Assembly (NCBI GenBank): GCA_020724845.1
Contig: DYGE01000001.1
Span: 122,664-186,663, forward strand
Length of the DNA stretch: 64,000 bases
Direction: 5' to 3'
DNA from: Candidatus Paceibacter sp.
GTDB taxonomy: Bacteria; Patescibacteriota; Minisyncoccia; UBA6257; 02-FULL-45-10c
Below, one piece after another: positions 8,921 to 18,047 of the stretch (positions within the stretch are counted from its first letter, which is position 1; each line of letters opens with the position of its first letter). Made by a program: the position numbers and the translations under genes. The notes under the pieces are model-generated. The model did not search any database, had not been told where the DNA came from, and worked only from the letters and a program-made list of their open reading frames with translations.

Positions 8921-9715
8921 TTATTGTATAGCTTCTAATTGCAATCGTTTATTAGTATTATAACTCTTTATCAAAAATAATCTATGCAAAACCCCTTTTA
9001 ATACGTCTTTATTTTTTACTGGCTCCGCCCGCAAGCTTATAACTAACTCCTCAAAAAATAGGTCCAGTAAGCCAGGGATCTTCTTTTCCTGATCTATCAA
9101 ATCCTTAATCAGCTTGGATCTTCCCGGCCCTGGCAATTTTAAAAACTTGTCCGCGTAACCGACTGCCTCTTCGGTCAACTCATCGGAAACTAGCCGCATC
9201 GCCCTCCCAGGGCGCCCATATGCTGAAGAGACCGCTTTCATGTTGCTTGTTACTTTTTCCATTTCGCTATCTGCTAACCTGCCAAAATGGATTTTTTGCA
9301 AACGGGACTGAAGAGGGCTTATCAAAGTTTCCGGCTGATGAACTACTAAAATCAAAGTTGCCCTTTCCGGCGGCTCTTCAGTAATCTTTAAGATCGCGTT
9401 CTGCGCCTGCGTAGTAAGGTCGCCGGCATTATCAATTACTACCAGCCGGCGGGAGGAAATAACCGGTTTCTGCCATAAGAAATTTTTCAATTCCCGCATG
9501 GCATCAATGCCAGTAGCATCTTCCAGCAATAAAGAATCTTGAAGCGGTTTTTTGGATAATTCAAACTCCCCTGTTTCCAGAAAATTAGCAAAATGCTCCG
9601 CAAAATAAAATTTCCCCACCTCCGGCTCGCCGAAAAAAATGTAGCCATGGGCTAAATGGTTATTCTTAACCAGCTTTTTGAAATCTTTTACCAGATGAGA
9701 ATGGCCAATTATCAT
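8921..9715 (-). CDS. holB: DNA polymerase III delta-prime-like clamp-loader subunit
   Basis: AAA+ clamp-loader N-terminus (GHSHLV...GYIFFGEPEVGKFYFAEHFANFL) and a size of 264 aa. Confidence 0.6.
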   Translation of the reverse strand: MIIGHSHLVKDFKKLVKNNHLAHGYIFFGEPEVGKFYFAEHFANFLETGEFELSKKPLQDSLLLEDATGIDAMRELKNFLWQKPVISSRRLVVIDNAGDLTTQAQNAILKITEEPPERATLILVVHQPETLISPLQSRLQKIHFGRLADSEMEKVTSNMKAVSSAYGRPGRAMRLVSDELTEEAVGYADKFLKLPGPGRSKLIKDLIDQEKKIPGLLDLFFEELVISLRAEPVKNKDVLKGVLHRLFLIKSYNTNKRLQLEAIQ

Positions 9716-10722
9716 TATCTCTTATTCAGAAGAGTTCTCTTGTAGACATCCAGATGGCTCAAGATAATGCCGGCGCCTTTGGCTACGCAAAATAGCGGCT
9801 CTTCGGCAATATAAGTTTCCACGCCAGTCATTCGCTTGAAGAATTCGTCAATGTAGCGCAATTGCGCTCCGCCCCCGGAAACGATAATCCCCTTTTCCAT
9901 GATATCAGCGACTAATTCCGGCGGAGTTTCGTTGAAAACGCTTTTTACTGAAGCAGCAATGTCAATCAAGTGCTGATTAAGCGCCTCGGAAATTTCATTA
10001 GAATTCACAACTATATCTTTCGGCAGGCCGGAAACCATATCCCGTCCGCGAATTTGGATCTCTAACTTTTCTTTGGATGGAAGCGCGGACCCGACTTCCA
10101 ATTTTATTAATTCAGCAGTTTGCTCTCCGATATGGAGCGAGTATTTTTTCTTAATATAATCCATAATCGCTTGGTCAAATTTATTGCCGGCAACCCTCAA
10201 ACTTGACCAGGCGACAATTCCGCCAAGGGAAATAACGGCTACTTCAGCGGTCCCGCCTCCAATATTAATAATCATATTGCCGGAATAAGAGTTGATCGGA
10301 ATGCCGGCGCCAAGAGCGGCTAAAAGCGGCTCTTTGACTATATAAGCTTCTTTCGCGCCGGCTTCTTTCGCGGCATTCATTATCGCTCTGCGCTCGGTTG
10401 GAGTAATCCCCGCGGGAGCGGAAATCACTACGTCCGGCCGGATTATATTAAACGAACCGGTAGCTTTGGCAATAAAGTACTTTAACATTGCCTTGGTTAT
10501 GTAATAGTCGGCAATGACGCCCTCTCGCAGAGGCCTGTAAGCGGCAATATCATCAGGCGTTCTGCCGATCATGTCCTTAGCTTCTCTGCCGACAGCCAGA
10601 ACGCCATTATCCGGCAAACTCAAAGCAACGATAGTCGGCTCGTTGATAATGAAACCTTTGCCCGGAACAAAAACGATGGTATTCGCGGTCCCGAGATCTA
10701 TTCCTATTTTTCTAGTAAACAT
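9715..10722 (-). CDS. Second MreB-like actin homolog (MreB paralog)
   Basis: IGIDLGTANTIVFV phosphate-1 motif and MreB-like length. This is the second copy in the window. Confidence 0.8.
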   Translation of the reverse strand: MFTRKIGIDLGTANTIVFVPGKGFIINEPTIVALSLPDNGVLAVGREAKDMIGRTPDDIAAYRPLREGVIADYYITKAMLKYFIAKATGSFNIIRPDVVISAPAGITPTERRAIMNAAKEAGAKEAYIVKEPLLAALGAGIPINSYSGNMIINIGGGTAEVAVISLGGIVAWSSLRVAGNKFDQAIMDYIKKKYSLHIGEQTAELIKLEVGSALPSKEKLEIQIRGRDMVSGLPKDIVVNSNEISEALNQHLIDIAASVKSVFNETPPELVADIMEKGIIVSGGGAQLRYIDEFFKRMTGVETYIAEEPLFCVAKGAGIILSHLDVYKRTLLNKR

Positions 10723-10728
10723 ATCCTA

Positions 10729-11988
10729 TTATTTTCTTAAAATATCGGCCCCTATTGCCCTTAGGCGCTCATCTAATTTTTCGTACCCGCGGTCAATTTG
10801 CTCAATATTATCCAGCTCCGATTCGCCTTTAGCGACCAAGGCCGCAATAACCAAAGTAGCGCCGGCGCGCAGATCTAAACTTCCTATCTTTGCGCCATGA
10901 AGCTGTGTCGGGCCGGAAATGAGCGCTCGGTGCGGATCTAAGATAACCGCGTCCGCGCCCATTTTTTTGAGTTCATCAATATATTTTAATCTATTTTCGT
11001 ACATAGTGTCAAAAATTAAAGAACCTCCTTGGGCTTGAGTCGCTAGTATTCCGAACGGCGCCTGCAGATCAGTCGGCAACCCAGGGTGCGGCATAGTCTT
11101 AACTTTAGCCGCCCGCAGTGAAGATTTTTGTCCGTTAACTATCAAGACATCGCCCTTAAAACTAAAAACGACGCCGAATTCTTTCAATTTCTGTAAAAAA
11201 GAGTCTAGGTGTGATTCTTCCGCTCCGACGATATTCAGATTGCTTTTAGTAGCCGCGCTCAAAATGGCAAAAGTCCCGGCCTCTATCGGATCATTGATAA
11301 TTTCGTACTCAATAAGACCGGCGGCTTCGCGATTACCAGGGGAAATTGAGAATTCATGGCTGGCAGTATTCTCTACAACCGTTCCTAACTCTCTTAAAAA
11401 CCCGATTAAATCCCAGACATGCGGCTCAATAGCTGCCAGCTTAATTTTAAAAGGGTGAGCGAATCCGAGCATTAAAAGATTCTCCGTAGCCGTAACGCTT
11501 AACTCCTTGAGGGTGATGCTCGGCAGTTTTACTTTCCCCAGCTGCATCAGGTAAACTCCGGAATCGGAATCAAAATTTACGCCCGCGCCCAGCTCGGCAA
11601 AAGCCTCCAAATGAGTGTCAATTGGACGCGCGCCGATATTGCATCCGCCCGGCATCACGAACGAAATTTTCCCAAAGCGGGCAAGCATGGGCCCAATCAG
11701 CAATATTGAGGAGCGGATTTGCCCCATCAATTCCTGGTCCAATTTCTCCGGATCAAGATCCTTATTGTCAATCTCAATAACATGTTCAGACAGCCAACGC
11801 TGCCTTGACCCCATACTCTTTAGAATTTCCAGAATTTTTAAAACATCGCCGATTCTTGGGATATTTTTCAGTACGCATGTTCGGCTGGTCAGCAGAGTGG
11901 CCGCGATAATCGGGGTTGCCGAATTCTTAAATCCGCCTACCTCAATATCTCCCCGCAGCGGCGCTCCGCCATTAATGATGAATTTCAT
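10729..11988 (-). CDS. murA: UDP-N-acetylglucosamine 1-carboxyvinyltransferase
   Basis: MurA N-terminus MKFIINGGAPLRGDIEV and the EPSP-synthase-fold length of 419 aa. Confidence 0.9.
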   Translation of the reverse strand: MKFIINGGAPLRGDIEVGGFKNSATPIIAATLLTSRTCVLKNIPRIGDVLKILEILKSMGSRQRWLSEHVIEIDNKDLDPEKLDQELMGQIRSSILLIGPMLARFGKISFVMPGGCNIGARPIDTHLEAFAELGAGVNFDSDSGVYLMQLGKVKLPSITLKELSVTATENLLMLGFAHPFKIKLAAIEPHVWDLIGFLRELGTVVENTASHEFSISPGNREAAGLIEYEIINDPIEAGTFAILSAATKSNLNIVGAEESHLDSFLQKLKEFGVVFSFKGDVLIVNGQKSSLRAAKVKTMPHPGLPTDLQAPFGILATQAQGGSLIFDTMYENRLKYIDELKKMGADAVILDPHRALISGPTQLHGAKIGSLDLRAGATLVIAALVAKGESELDNIEQIDRGYEKLDERLRAIGADILRK

Positions 11989-12082
11989 TAATTAAATAAT
12001 ACCTCAATTCCACTGCCACTTTCCAATCTCTTTACGTTTGGTTAAAAAAGTTGTAAAGTATTGAAGAACAGAATCCAGATCT

Positions 12083-13405
12083 ATGACTCTAAGAACAAGA
12101 AGAATAATTTTTTATCTTTTCGCGGCGCTCTTCATACTAATAGGCGCGGTATCAATTTTTTATTCCAGCGGCTGGCGATTTGACCTAGAAACCTTTGAAA
12201 TAAACAAGCTCGGCGCGCTTTTTTTAAACATAACTCCGGAGGGCGCGACCATCGCGATTGATAAAAATACGTTTGACTTCAGCCCAAGTTTTTTAAAATC
12301 CGGCACTTTAATTGCCAACCTCTTTCCCAAGACATACACGGTAAAGGTTATGAAAGAGGGCTATCAGCCATGGACTAAAGAGATCCAGGTGTATCCTTCT
12401 TTGGTGACAGAGGTTCCCTCAGTCGTATTATTGCCGGAAAAGTTGGATTTAGGAGATCCAATTAACGAAGAAGTTACTAACTTTTGGATCGGTCCGAAAA
12501 ATATAATCGTTCTAAAAAATGGGAGATTGGAATTCCAGTCCCATAGAATTTTAGGCGCGGAGGTTTGGAAATGGTCAAATTCTGGAACAGCAGTTATCAC
12601 TAAACAAGATGGCAACTATTTCTTCATAGACCTGGAAAAACCGACCAGCGCGTTAAATCTGAAACTGGTCTTTGATAATTTAAACAAAGCCGGAGACGGA
12701 CAAATTTTGGACATAGATTTCCATCCTGCGCAAGATAATAAATTTATTGTGTTAGCCAGCGATGGACTGCATATTTTAGACGCTCAAAAGCTAACTTTAT
12801 CACTAATTGAAGCGGGAGCCGTTAATACATTCTCAACCCAAAACAACGAATTATTTTATGAGAAAACCGGGCAAATTTTTGCCTATAACCTGACTATCCA
12901 CTCCAATAGCCTTTTAACAGAGCAAGTTTTTGACGGCATTAGAAAAATCCAAGTATCTCCGTCCGGATATTATTTGTCCATTTTGGAAAACTCCGGAGCG
13001 CTCTATGTCTTCGACCGAAAGTCTTTAACCGCCTCTAAAATATCAGAGAATGCCGCTTATTCATTATTCTCGCCCAATAGCAAAAAAATAGCCTCGGTTA
13101 ACTCAAATCAGGAGTTAACCGTCTATCCGCTCAATGAGCCGGTTGAAGGGCTAAAAAACAGTTGGCAAGGGCCGGCCAATTTCCGTATCGGATCTCTCAA
13201 GAAAAATTCTATTTCCTGGCATGCAAATTCCGCCTATCTATTTATCAAATATCCGTCCACTCTGTATCTTTTAGAAGCAAATAACCTCCCCCCTATTAAC
13301 TTCCAAGTTATTGATCTGGAAAACTCTCAATATCAATACCGCGCGAGCTCTAACACTCTCTACCTTCTTAAAGGAGGCAGCTTATATAAACTAGCTCTTG
13401 GGTAA
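12083..13405 (+). CDS. Membrane-anchored protein with a PEGA-like domain followed by repeats
   Basis: N-terminal TM helix and the motif NITPEGATIAIDKNTF. Confidence 0.4.
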   Translation: MTLRTRRIIFYLFAALFILIGAVSIFYSSGWRFDLETFEINKLGALFLNITPEGATIAIDKNTFDFSPSFLKSGTLIANLFPKTYTVKVMKEGYQPWTKEIQVYPSLVTEVPSVVLLPEKLDLGDPINEEVTNFWIGPKNIIVLKNGRLEFQSHRILGAEVWKWSNSGTAVITKQDGNYFFIDLEKPTSALNLKLVFDNLNKAGDGQILDIDFHPAQDNKFIVLASDGLHILDAQKLTLSLIEAGAVNTFSTQNNELFYEKTGQIFAYNLTIHSNSLLTEQVFDGIRKIQVSPSGYYLSILENSGALYVFDRKSLTASKISENAAYSLFSPNSKKIASVNSNQELTVYPLNEPVEGLKNSWQGPANFRIGSLKKNSISWHANSAYLFIKYPSTLYLLEANNLPPINFQVIDLENSQYQYRASSNTLYLLKGGSLYKLALG

Positions 13406-13825
13406 GGGACGGTTTTTAATCAAAAAATAAAGCCAGCCGGCGGATAATCCGCCCAGCAAATCCATAAGGAGATCAGACAAGGTATCATCCAAGGTCATTT
13501 CAAAGGCCTGCAGAAAATAATTGATCAAATATTCGTAAAATTCCCACATTACGCCGATTAAAGCCGTGAAGGATAATACGATGACTAGGAGTACAAACTT
13601 ATGTTCGGATAATATTCGGCTGCCTTCTTGGCCTTCAAAAAAAGATAAAAATAAGGCGGCTACTAGCCATCCGCCAAAAAAATGCAAAACCTCATCAAAC
13701 CACCAAAGCGCTTCTTCCATGCCAACTAGCGCCTGATGCCAGACGAATTGCGCGGCGATAAGAAGCAAAGCAATCAAAATTATTATTCTTTTGTCAGTAA
13801 TCCAGGTCATAATCAAGCTCCTCAA
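13391..13825 (-). CDS. Hypothetical polytopic membrane protein
   Basis: The 144 aa product has several hydrophobic helices. Confidence 0.35.
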   Translation of the reverse strand: MRSLIMTWITDKRIIILIALLLIAAQFVWHQALVGMEEALWWFDEVLHFFGGWLVAALFLSFFEGQEGSRILSEHKFVLLVIVLSFTALIGVMWEFYEYLINYFLQAFEMTLDDTLSDLLMDLLGGLSAGWLYFLIKNRPLPKS

Positions 13826-13877
13826 ATATAAAACGAGACCAACAATAAGTTTGTCTCGTTTTATGTTCTCTGCATCT

Positions 13878-14354
13878 TTATCTCTTTGCCCATTGGGGCG
13901 CCCTCCTTGCTTTTCTTAATCCGTATTTCTTTCGCTCAACCATTCTGGCATCGCGAGTTAGGAATCCGGAACGTCTTAGCCTTTTTCTGAAATCCTCATT
14001 AAAAATGGTCAAAGCCCTAGCTATGCCGTGCCTTACCGCCTCCGCCTGGCCCCTAAGCCCGCCTCCGGCTACTTTTACCGTAGCGCCAAGTTTATCCCTG
14101 ACATTCATAGTTTCCAAAGGCTTGAGCACTTCGTTCTGCAGATGCGTATCTCGGAAGTAATCTTTGAAATCTTTGCCGTTGACTACGATATCTCCCTGGG
14201 CGCTTGTAAACAAGCGGACTCGGGCAACCGCGGTCTTTCTTCCGCCCTTAGCTTCATAATATCTGGACTGTTTAGTGTCTCTCGGTTCTTCCTTCTGCGC
14301 GCTCTTTGCCGGTTTCGCTGCTGTTTTTTTAGTTTTTGCTTCTTTTTTAACCAT
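13878..14354 (-). CDS. rpsI: 30S ribosomal protein S9 with a Lys-rich N-terminal extension
   Basis: The C-terminus GFLTRDARMVERKKYGLRKARRAPQWAKR matches the S9 signature. Confidence 0.85.
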   Translation of the reverse strand: MVKKEAKTKKTAAKPAKSAQKEEPRDTKQSRYYEAKGGRKTAVARVRLFTSAQGDIVVNGKDFKDYFRDTHLQNEVLKPLETMNVRDKLGATVKVAGGGLRGQAEAVRHGIARALTIFNEDFRKRLRRSGFLTRDARMVERKKYGLRKARRAPQWAKR

Positions 14355-14356
14355 AA

Positions 14357-14698
14357 TTATTTGATGATCAATCTTTTAATGCGCTTTGCCTGCAGGAAAT
14401 TTTTCGGGAGCATACGTTCTACGGCATGCCTTAACACTTTCTCCGGGCTTTTTACAAAACGCTCTTTCAGCGTCGCGGATTTCAGGTGGCCCATGTAGCC
14501 GGTATGGCGATAATATTTCTTTCCTTCAAGCTTATCCCCGGTAAAAACCAAATCTTTGACGTTTTCAACCACTACCGTGTCGCTTCCTTCAAGATTTGGC
14601 GCGTAACGAGGGCTCTTTTTGCCCTGCAAAACTAAAGCTATATCCGAAGCCAATCGTCCCAATTTTTTATTTTTTGCGTCAAATTTATATTCTGCCAT
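14357..14698 (-). CDS. rplM: 50S ribosomal protein L13
   Basis: KLGRLAS...YYRHTGYMG...MLPKN matches L13, and the gene is adjacent to rpsI as in the conserved operon. Confidence 0.8.
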   Translation of the reverse strand: MAEYKFDAKNKKLGRLASDIALVLQGKKSPRYAPNLEGSDTVVVENVKDLVFTGDKLEGKKYYRHTGYMGHLKSATLKERFVKSPEKVLRHAVERMLPKNFLQAKRIKRLIIK

Positions 14699-14711
14699 GT
14701 CTTTATAAAAA

Positions 14712-15044
14712 TTAAACGAATTCTATAACTGCCTGCCTGGCTGCGTCTCTTTTGCGCCGTTCCGCAGTCTTGAGGATGCGCAAATATCCGCCAGCTCGGT
14801 CTTTATACCTCGGAGCAATATCATAGTAAAGCTTGGAAGCGGAATCCTTCGGCAGCCGAGACAACAAAAGCCGCAAGCTGGCTAAATTCTGCTTTTTCGC
14901 TAAGGTAACCAATTTTTCCACTTTCGGGCGGAGCTCCTTCGCTCTTGCCTCTGTGGTCTGGATGCGTTCTTTCAGTATTAAGTTATTAGCCAAGGTTTTG
15001 GTGAAAGATTTTCGCCTACCTCGGATCCTTCCAAACTTGCGCAT
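14712..15044 (-). CDS. rplQ: 50S ribosomal protein L17
   Basis: MRKFGRIRGRRKSFTKTLANNLILKERIQTT matches the L17 N-terminus. Confidence 0.9.
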   Translation of the reverse strand: MRKFGRIRGRRKSFTKTLANNLILKERIQTTEARAKELRPKVEKLVTLAKKQNLASLRLLLSRLPKDSASKLYYDIAPRYKDRAGGYLRILKTAERRKRDAARQAVIEFV

Positions 15045-15832
15045 TATTTTTTCTTAGATTTTTTAGCTGTTTTGGTCGCGGCCTTTTTCTTAGCAGCTGG
15101 TTTTTTTGGCGCCGCAGGCTCCTTTTCTTCTACTTCCTTGACTTCAACGCTGGAAACCTTGTCAAAGTGGTCTTTCAAGATGTTAGCCGCTTTATGCAGC
15201 GCGGAAGACGGGGTAATACTGCCATCAGTCGCCAAAGTAATGATTAAGCGGTTATAATCGGTTCTGTCTCCGACACGCATATTTTCCACTGAAAAATTGG
15301 CCTTGACTACCGGGGAGAAAGACGCGTCTATGGCCATCGTGCCGATAGGGAGCTTATCCGACTTTCTAGCTTCAACCGGCACGTATCCCAAGCCTCTTTC
15401 CACGGTAAGCTCCATTTCCAGCTCCGCGGACTTGCTGCTTAGATTGGCAATGTGCGCGCCTGGATTAATAACCTCAACCTCCGCATTGGATTCAATATCG
15501 GCGGCAGTAACAGCCCTTTCCCCCTTAACTTTCAATGTTAAAGTTTGAGGCTCGTCGGTATGGGCTCGAAATCGGACTTTTTTCAAATTAAGGCCGATCT
15601 CTACGACGTCTTCAATAACATTAGGAATGGTTGAAAATTCGTGCTGAACTCCCTTTATCTTAAATTGGGTTACAGCTGCGCCCGGCAATGAAGAAAACAG
15701 AACCCTGCGAAGGGCATTGCCCATAGTAATTCCATACCCGGTGTAAAGACCTTCTATCTCAAATCTCCCCTCGGTATCGGTTTCGGAGACCTTTTTAATA
15801 GTGACTGACTCACTTAAATATGCGAACTGCAT
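15044..15832 (-). CDS. rpoA: RNA polymerase alpha subunit: N-terminal domain only, ending in a Lys/Ala-rich tail
   Basis: The alpha-NTD motifs are present (GYGITMGNALRRVLFSSLPGAAVT). The 262 aa protein ends in KKPAAKKKAATKTAKKSKKK and has no helical alpha-CTD. Confidence 0.85.
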   Translation of the reverse strand: MQFAYLSESVTIKKVSETDTEGRFEIEGLYTGYGITMGNALRRVLFSSLPGAAVTQFKIKGVQHEFSTIPNVIEDVVEIGLNLKKVRFRAHTDEPQTLTLKVKGERAVTAADIESNAEVEVINPGAHIANLSSKSAELEMELTVERGLGYVPVEARKSDKLPIGTMAIDASFSPVVKANFSVENMRVGDRTDYNRLIITLATDGSITPSSALHKAANILKDHFDKVSSVEVKEVEEKEPAAPKKPAAKKKAATKTAKKSKKK

Positions 15833-15864
15833 TGTTTATTAATTATTAATGATATTAATTAATT

Positions 15865-16476
15865 TTATTTTGAGTAATAGTCAACGACCATATTGACGTC
15901 AAATGGCACTTCCACTTCTTGCGGCAAAGCCACCATCTCTCCTTCCAACTTATCTTTATCCAGCTTCAGCCAAGTCGGAACTTCATATTTCTTAAGCCTT
16001 TCCGAAAGATCTTTCAGAGGGCCGGCATCATTGGATTCTTTTCTAATGCCTATTTTATCGCCTACTTTAACGATATAAGAAGGAACGGATACTTTGCGGC
16101 CATTCACGGTAACATGCCCATGCCCCGCAAGCTGCCTGCCGACAGATCTTGAGGGGGCGAAGCCCAAGCGGAACAAGACATTATCTAACCTGCTTTCCAG
16201 AAGCTGGATCATCACCAAACCGGTTACGTCGCTCTTTTTGGATGCCTCTTGAAACACTTTAAGCATTTGCGATTCTCTGATTCCGTAACTGAATTTGATC
16301 TTCTGCTTCTCATTCAGCTGCTGCCCCACTTCAGATGAGGAATGCCTGGCTTGCCCATGAAGGCCCGGCCGATGCGGCCGCCTTACCGTGGCGCATTTGG
16401 CAGAATTACAACGATGAGCTTTTAAGAAAAGCTTGGTTCCTAGGGCTCTTTCCTTTTTTTCTCTAGTATTAAACAT
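15865..16476 (-). CDS. rpsD: 30S ribosomal protein S4
   Basis: N-terminal Cys-containing segment and an S4 domain, in the conserved position between rpsK and rpoA. Confidence 0.85.
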   Translation of the reverse strand: MFNTREKKERALGTKLFLKAHRCNSAKCATVRRPHRPGLHGQARHSSSEVGQQLNEKQKIKFSYGIRESQMLKVFQEASKKSDVTGLVMIQLLESRLDNVLFRLGFAPSRSVGRQLAGHGHVTVNGRKVSVPSYIVKVGDKIGIRKESNDAGPLKDLSERLKKYEVPTWLKLDKDKLEGEMVALPQEVEVPFDVNMVVDYYSK

Positions 16477-16478
16477 GT

Positions 16479-16928
16479 TTAAACTCGTCTAACTTTTTTA
16501 GGCCTTGGGCCGTTATGTGGTATCGGAGTTACGTCTTTAATTGATGTTATATTAAAACCTTGATTTCCAAAAGAGCGAATGGAGGAATCACGGCCGCTGC
16601 CAACGCCGTTAACGTAAATATCCACATCCGAGAGTCCAGTCTTCTTAAGTTTCTCGGCAATTGCTGAAACTACTTTTGAAGCGGCGAAAGGGGTAGCTTT
16701 CTTCGGTCCGGAAAAGCCCAAAGATCCCGCGGAAGCCCAGGCAACGGTATTTCCCTGTTGGTCAGTTACCGTAATAATAGTGTTATTATACGAAGCTCCA
16801 ATATAAACATTGCCCCGGCCTAATTTCTTGCCGGAACCCTTAGAGGCTTTCGCCATAGTAGCCTCTAGCGCGTCTTTTTCTTTTAATACCTCCTCTTGAG
16901 TTTGTTGTGCTATTTTTTTCTTTCCCAT
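16479..16928 (-). CDS. rpsK: 30S ribosomal protein S11
   Basis: GNVYIGASYNNTIITVTD...PHNGPRPKKVRRV matches the S11 signature. Confidence 0.9.
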   Translation of the reverse strand: MGKKKIAQQTQEEVLKEKDALEATMAKASKGSGKKLGRGNVYIGASYNNTIITVTDQQGNTVAWASAGSLGFSGPKKATPFAASKVVSAIAEKLKKTGLSDVDIYVNGVGSGRDSSIRSFGNQGFNITSIKDVTPIPHNGPRPKKVRRV

Positions 16929-16995
16929 GTGAATAATATATTAATTTGGACACCAAGCACATAATGCTTTATATGCTCGGTTTCGCTGCAGTATG

Positions 16996-17379
16996 CTACT
17001 TCAGCTCAACCTTTCTCTTTCCACTGCCGGCAGTCTTTCTTACGTTGCCTCGCACGGTTCGAGAGTTAGTTTTAGTCCTCTGCCCTCTGACAGGCAAATT
17101 TCGCATGTGCCGAATCCCCCTATACGCTTTCAAATCCTTCAGGAGATTGATATTTTGTTTGACAACCTGGCGCAACTCTCCTTCAATCTTATAGTTTTTT
17201 TCTATAAACTCTTTGATCTTGCTAACTTCATCCGGGGTTAAATCTTTCGCCCGCTTATCCGAATCAATCTTGGTCGCGCCTAAGATTCTTTTAGATAAAG
17301 TTGGGCCGATACCATAAATATAGGTCAGAGACACCTCCACCTTTTTATTATCTGGTATATTTATTCCTGAAATTCTCAT
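16996..17379 (-). CDS. rpsM: 30S ribosomal protein S13
   Basis: MRISGINIPDNKKVEVSLTYIYGIGPT matches S13. Confidence 0.9.
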   Translation of the reverse strand: MRISGINIPDNKKVEVSLTYIYGIGPTLSKRILGATKIDSDKRAKDLTPDEVSKIKEFIEKNYKIEGELRQVVKQNINLLKDLKAYRGIRHMRNLPVRGQRTKTNSRTVRGNVRKTAGSGKRKVELK

Positions 17380-17397
17380 GTTGCTTGTAACTTATTG

Positions 17398-17511
17398 CTA
17401 TCCCTGCCTTTGTTTATGTTTTTTAATTTTGCAAACAATATAAACCCTGCTTTTTCTTCGCACGACTTGGCAATCTTTGCATATTTTTTTTACTGATGCT
17501 CGTACTTTCAT
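17398..17511 (-). CDS. rpmJ: 50S ribosomal protein L36 (37 aa); below the ORF-track length cutoff
   Basis: Hand translation gives [37 protein letters not shown], the L36 zinc-ribbon pattern. The gene sits between infA and rpsM as in the canonical order. Confidence 0.8.
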   Translation of the reverse strand: MKVRASVKKICKDCQVVRRKSRVYIVCKIKKHKQRQG

Positions 17512-17627
17512 CCCGTTAGAGGCAGGTCGCGGTCTTTGTTATCCCGGCATGCCTTAATTCAATCAAAATAATTATATTAAATATTATTCTCTCTAATCCC
17601 ACCAGCGACCGCGGCCTCTAACGGGAT
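17510..17627. promoter_or_regulatory. Long imperfect hairpin between infA and rpmJ
   Basis: Roughly 21 bp arms (atcccgttagaggc(aggt)cgcggtc / gaccgcggcctctaacgggat) around an AT-rich loop of about 70 nt that contains a TATAAT-like box on the minus strand. The 5' arm overlaps the rpmJ start codon. Confidence 0.4.
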
Positions 17628-17643
17628 TCGTTCCTGACGATAA

Positions 17644-17886
17644 TTAAAGTCTCCTTACAATCCTTCCTCTTTTATCATCATAAGGAGTCATCTCCATAAT
17701 AACCTTATCTCCAGGGAGGATTTTAATATAAAACATCCTCATCTTCCCGGAAAGGTGGGCTAAGACTAATTTCCCATCATAGGTCTTAACACGAAAAGAA
17801 GCACCCGGTAGGGCCTCTTCAACGATTCCTTCAACCTTGATAACGTTCTTCTTTGAAGACTTATCCTTTTCTTGATTCTGTGTCAC
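17644..17886 (-). CDS. infA: Translation initiation factor IF-1
   Basis: S1-like OB fold of 80 aa: [33 protein letters not shown]... Confidence 0.9.
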   Translation of the reverse strand: MTQNQEKDKSSKKNVIKVEGIVEEALPGASFRVKTYDGKLVLAHLSGKMRMFYIKILPGDKVIMEMTPYDDKRGRIVRRL

Positions 17887-17920
17887 TGATATAAAAGTAT
17901 ATCATTATAGGGCTAAAATT

Positions 17921-18000
17921 GTCAACCCCACACATAACTTAGGCCACATGAGGCAAAACAACTCTTGGAGTTGCTAGTCTAAGTTATGTGTGGGGTCAGC
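17921..18000. repeat. GTCAACCCC-foot hairpin repeat H1
   Basis: gtcaacccc followed by a 17 bp arm ccccacacataacttag, a 35 nt loop and the arm ctaagttatgtgtgggg. It is intergenic, just upstream of infA. Confidence 0.6.
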
Positions 18001-18047
18001 CCCTTATGCAACAAAGAAAAATCGGCATTTTTGCCGATGTATTAATA

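Noticed and set aside
17921-17946. The TTGACA inside hairpin H1 read as the infA promoter -35
   Set aside because: The nearest TATAAT-like box is only 10 nt away, so the spacing is non-canonical. The promoter reading is kept only for H6, where the spacing is 16 nt.
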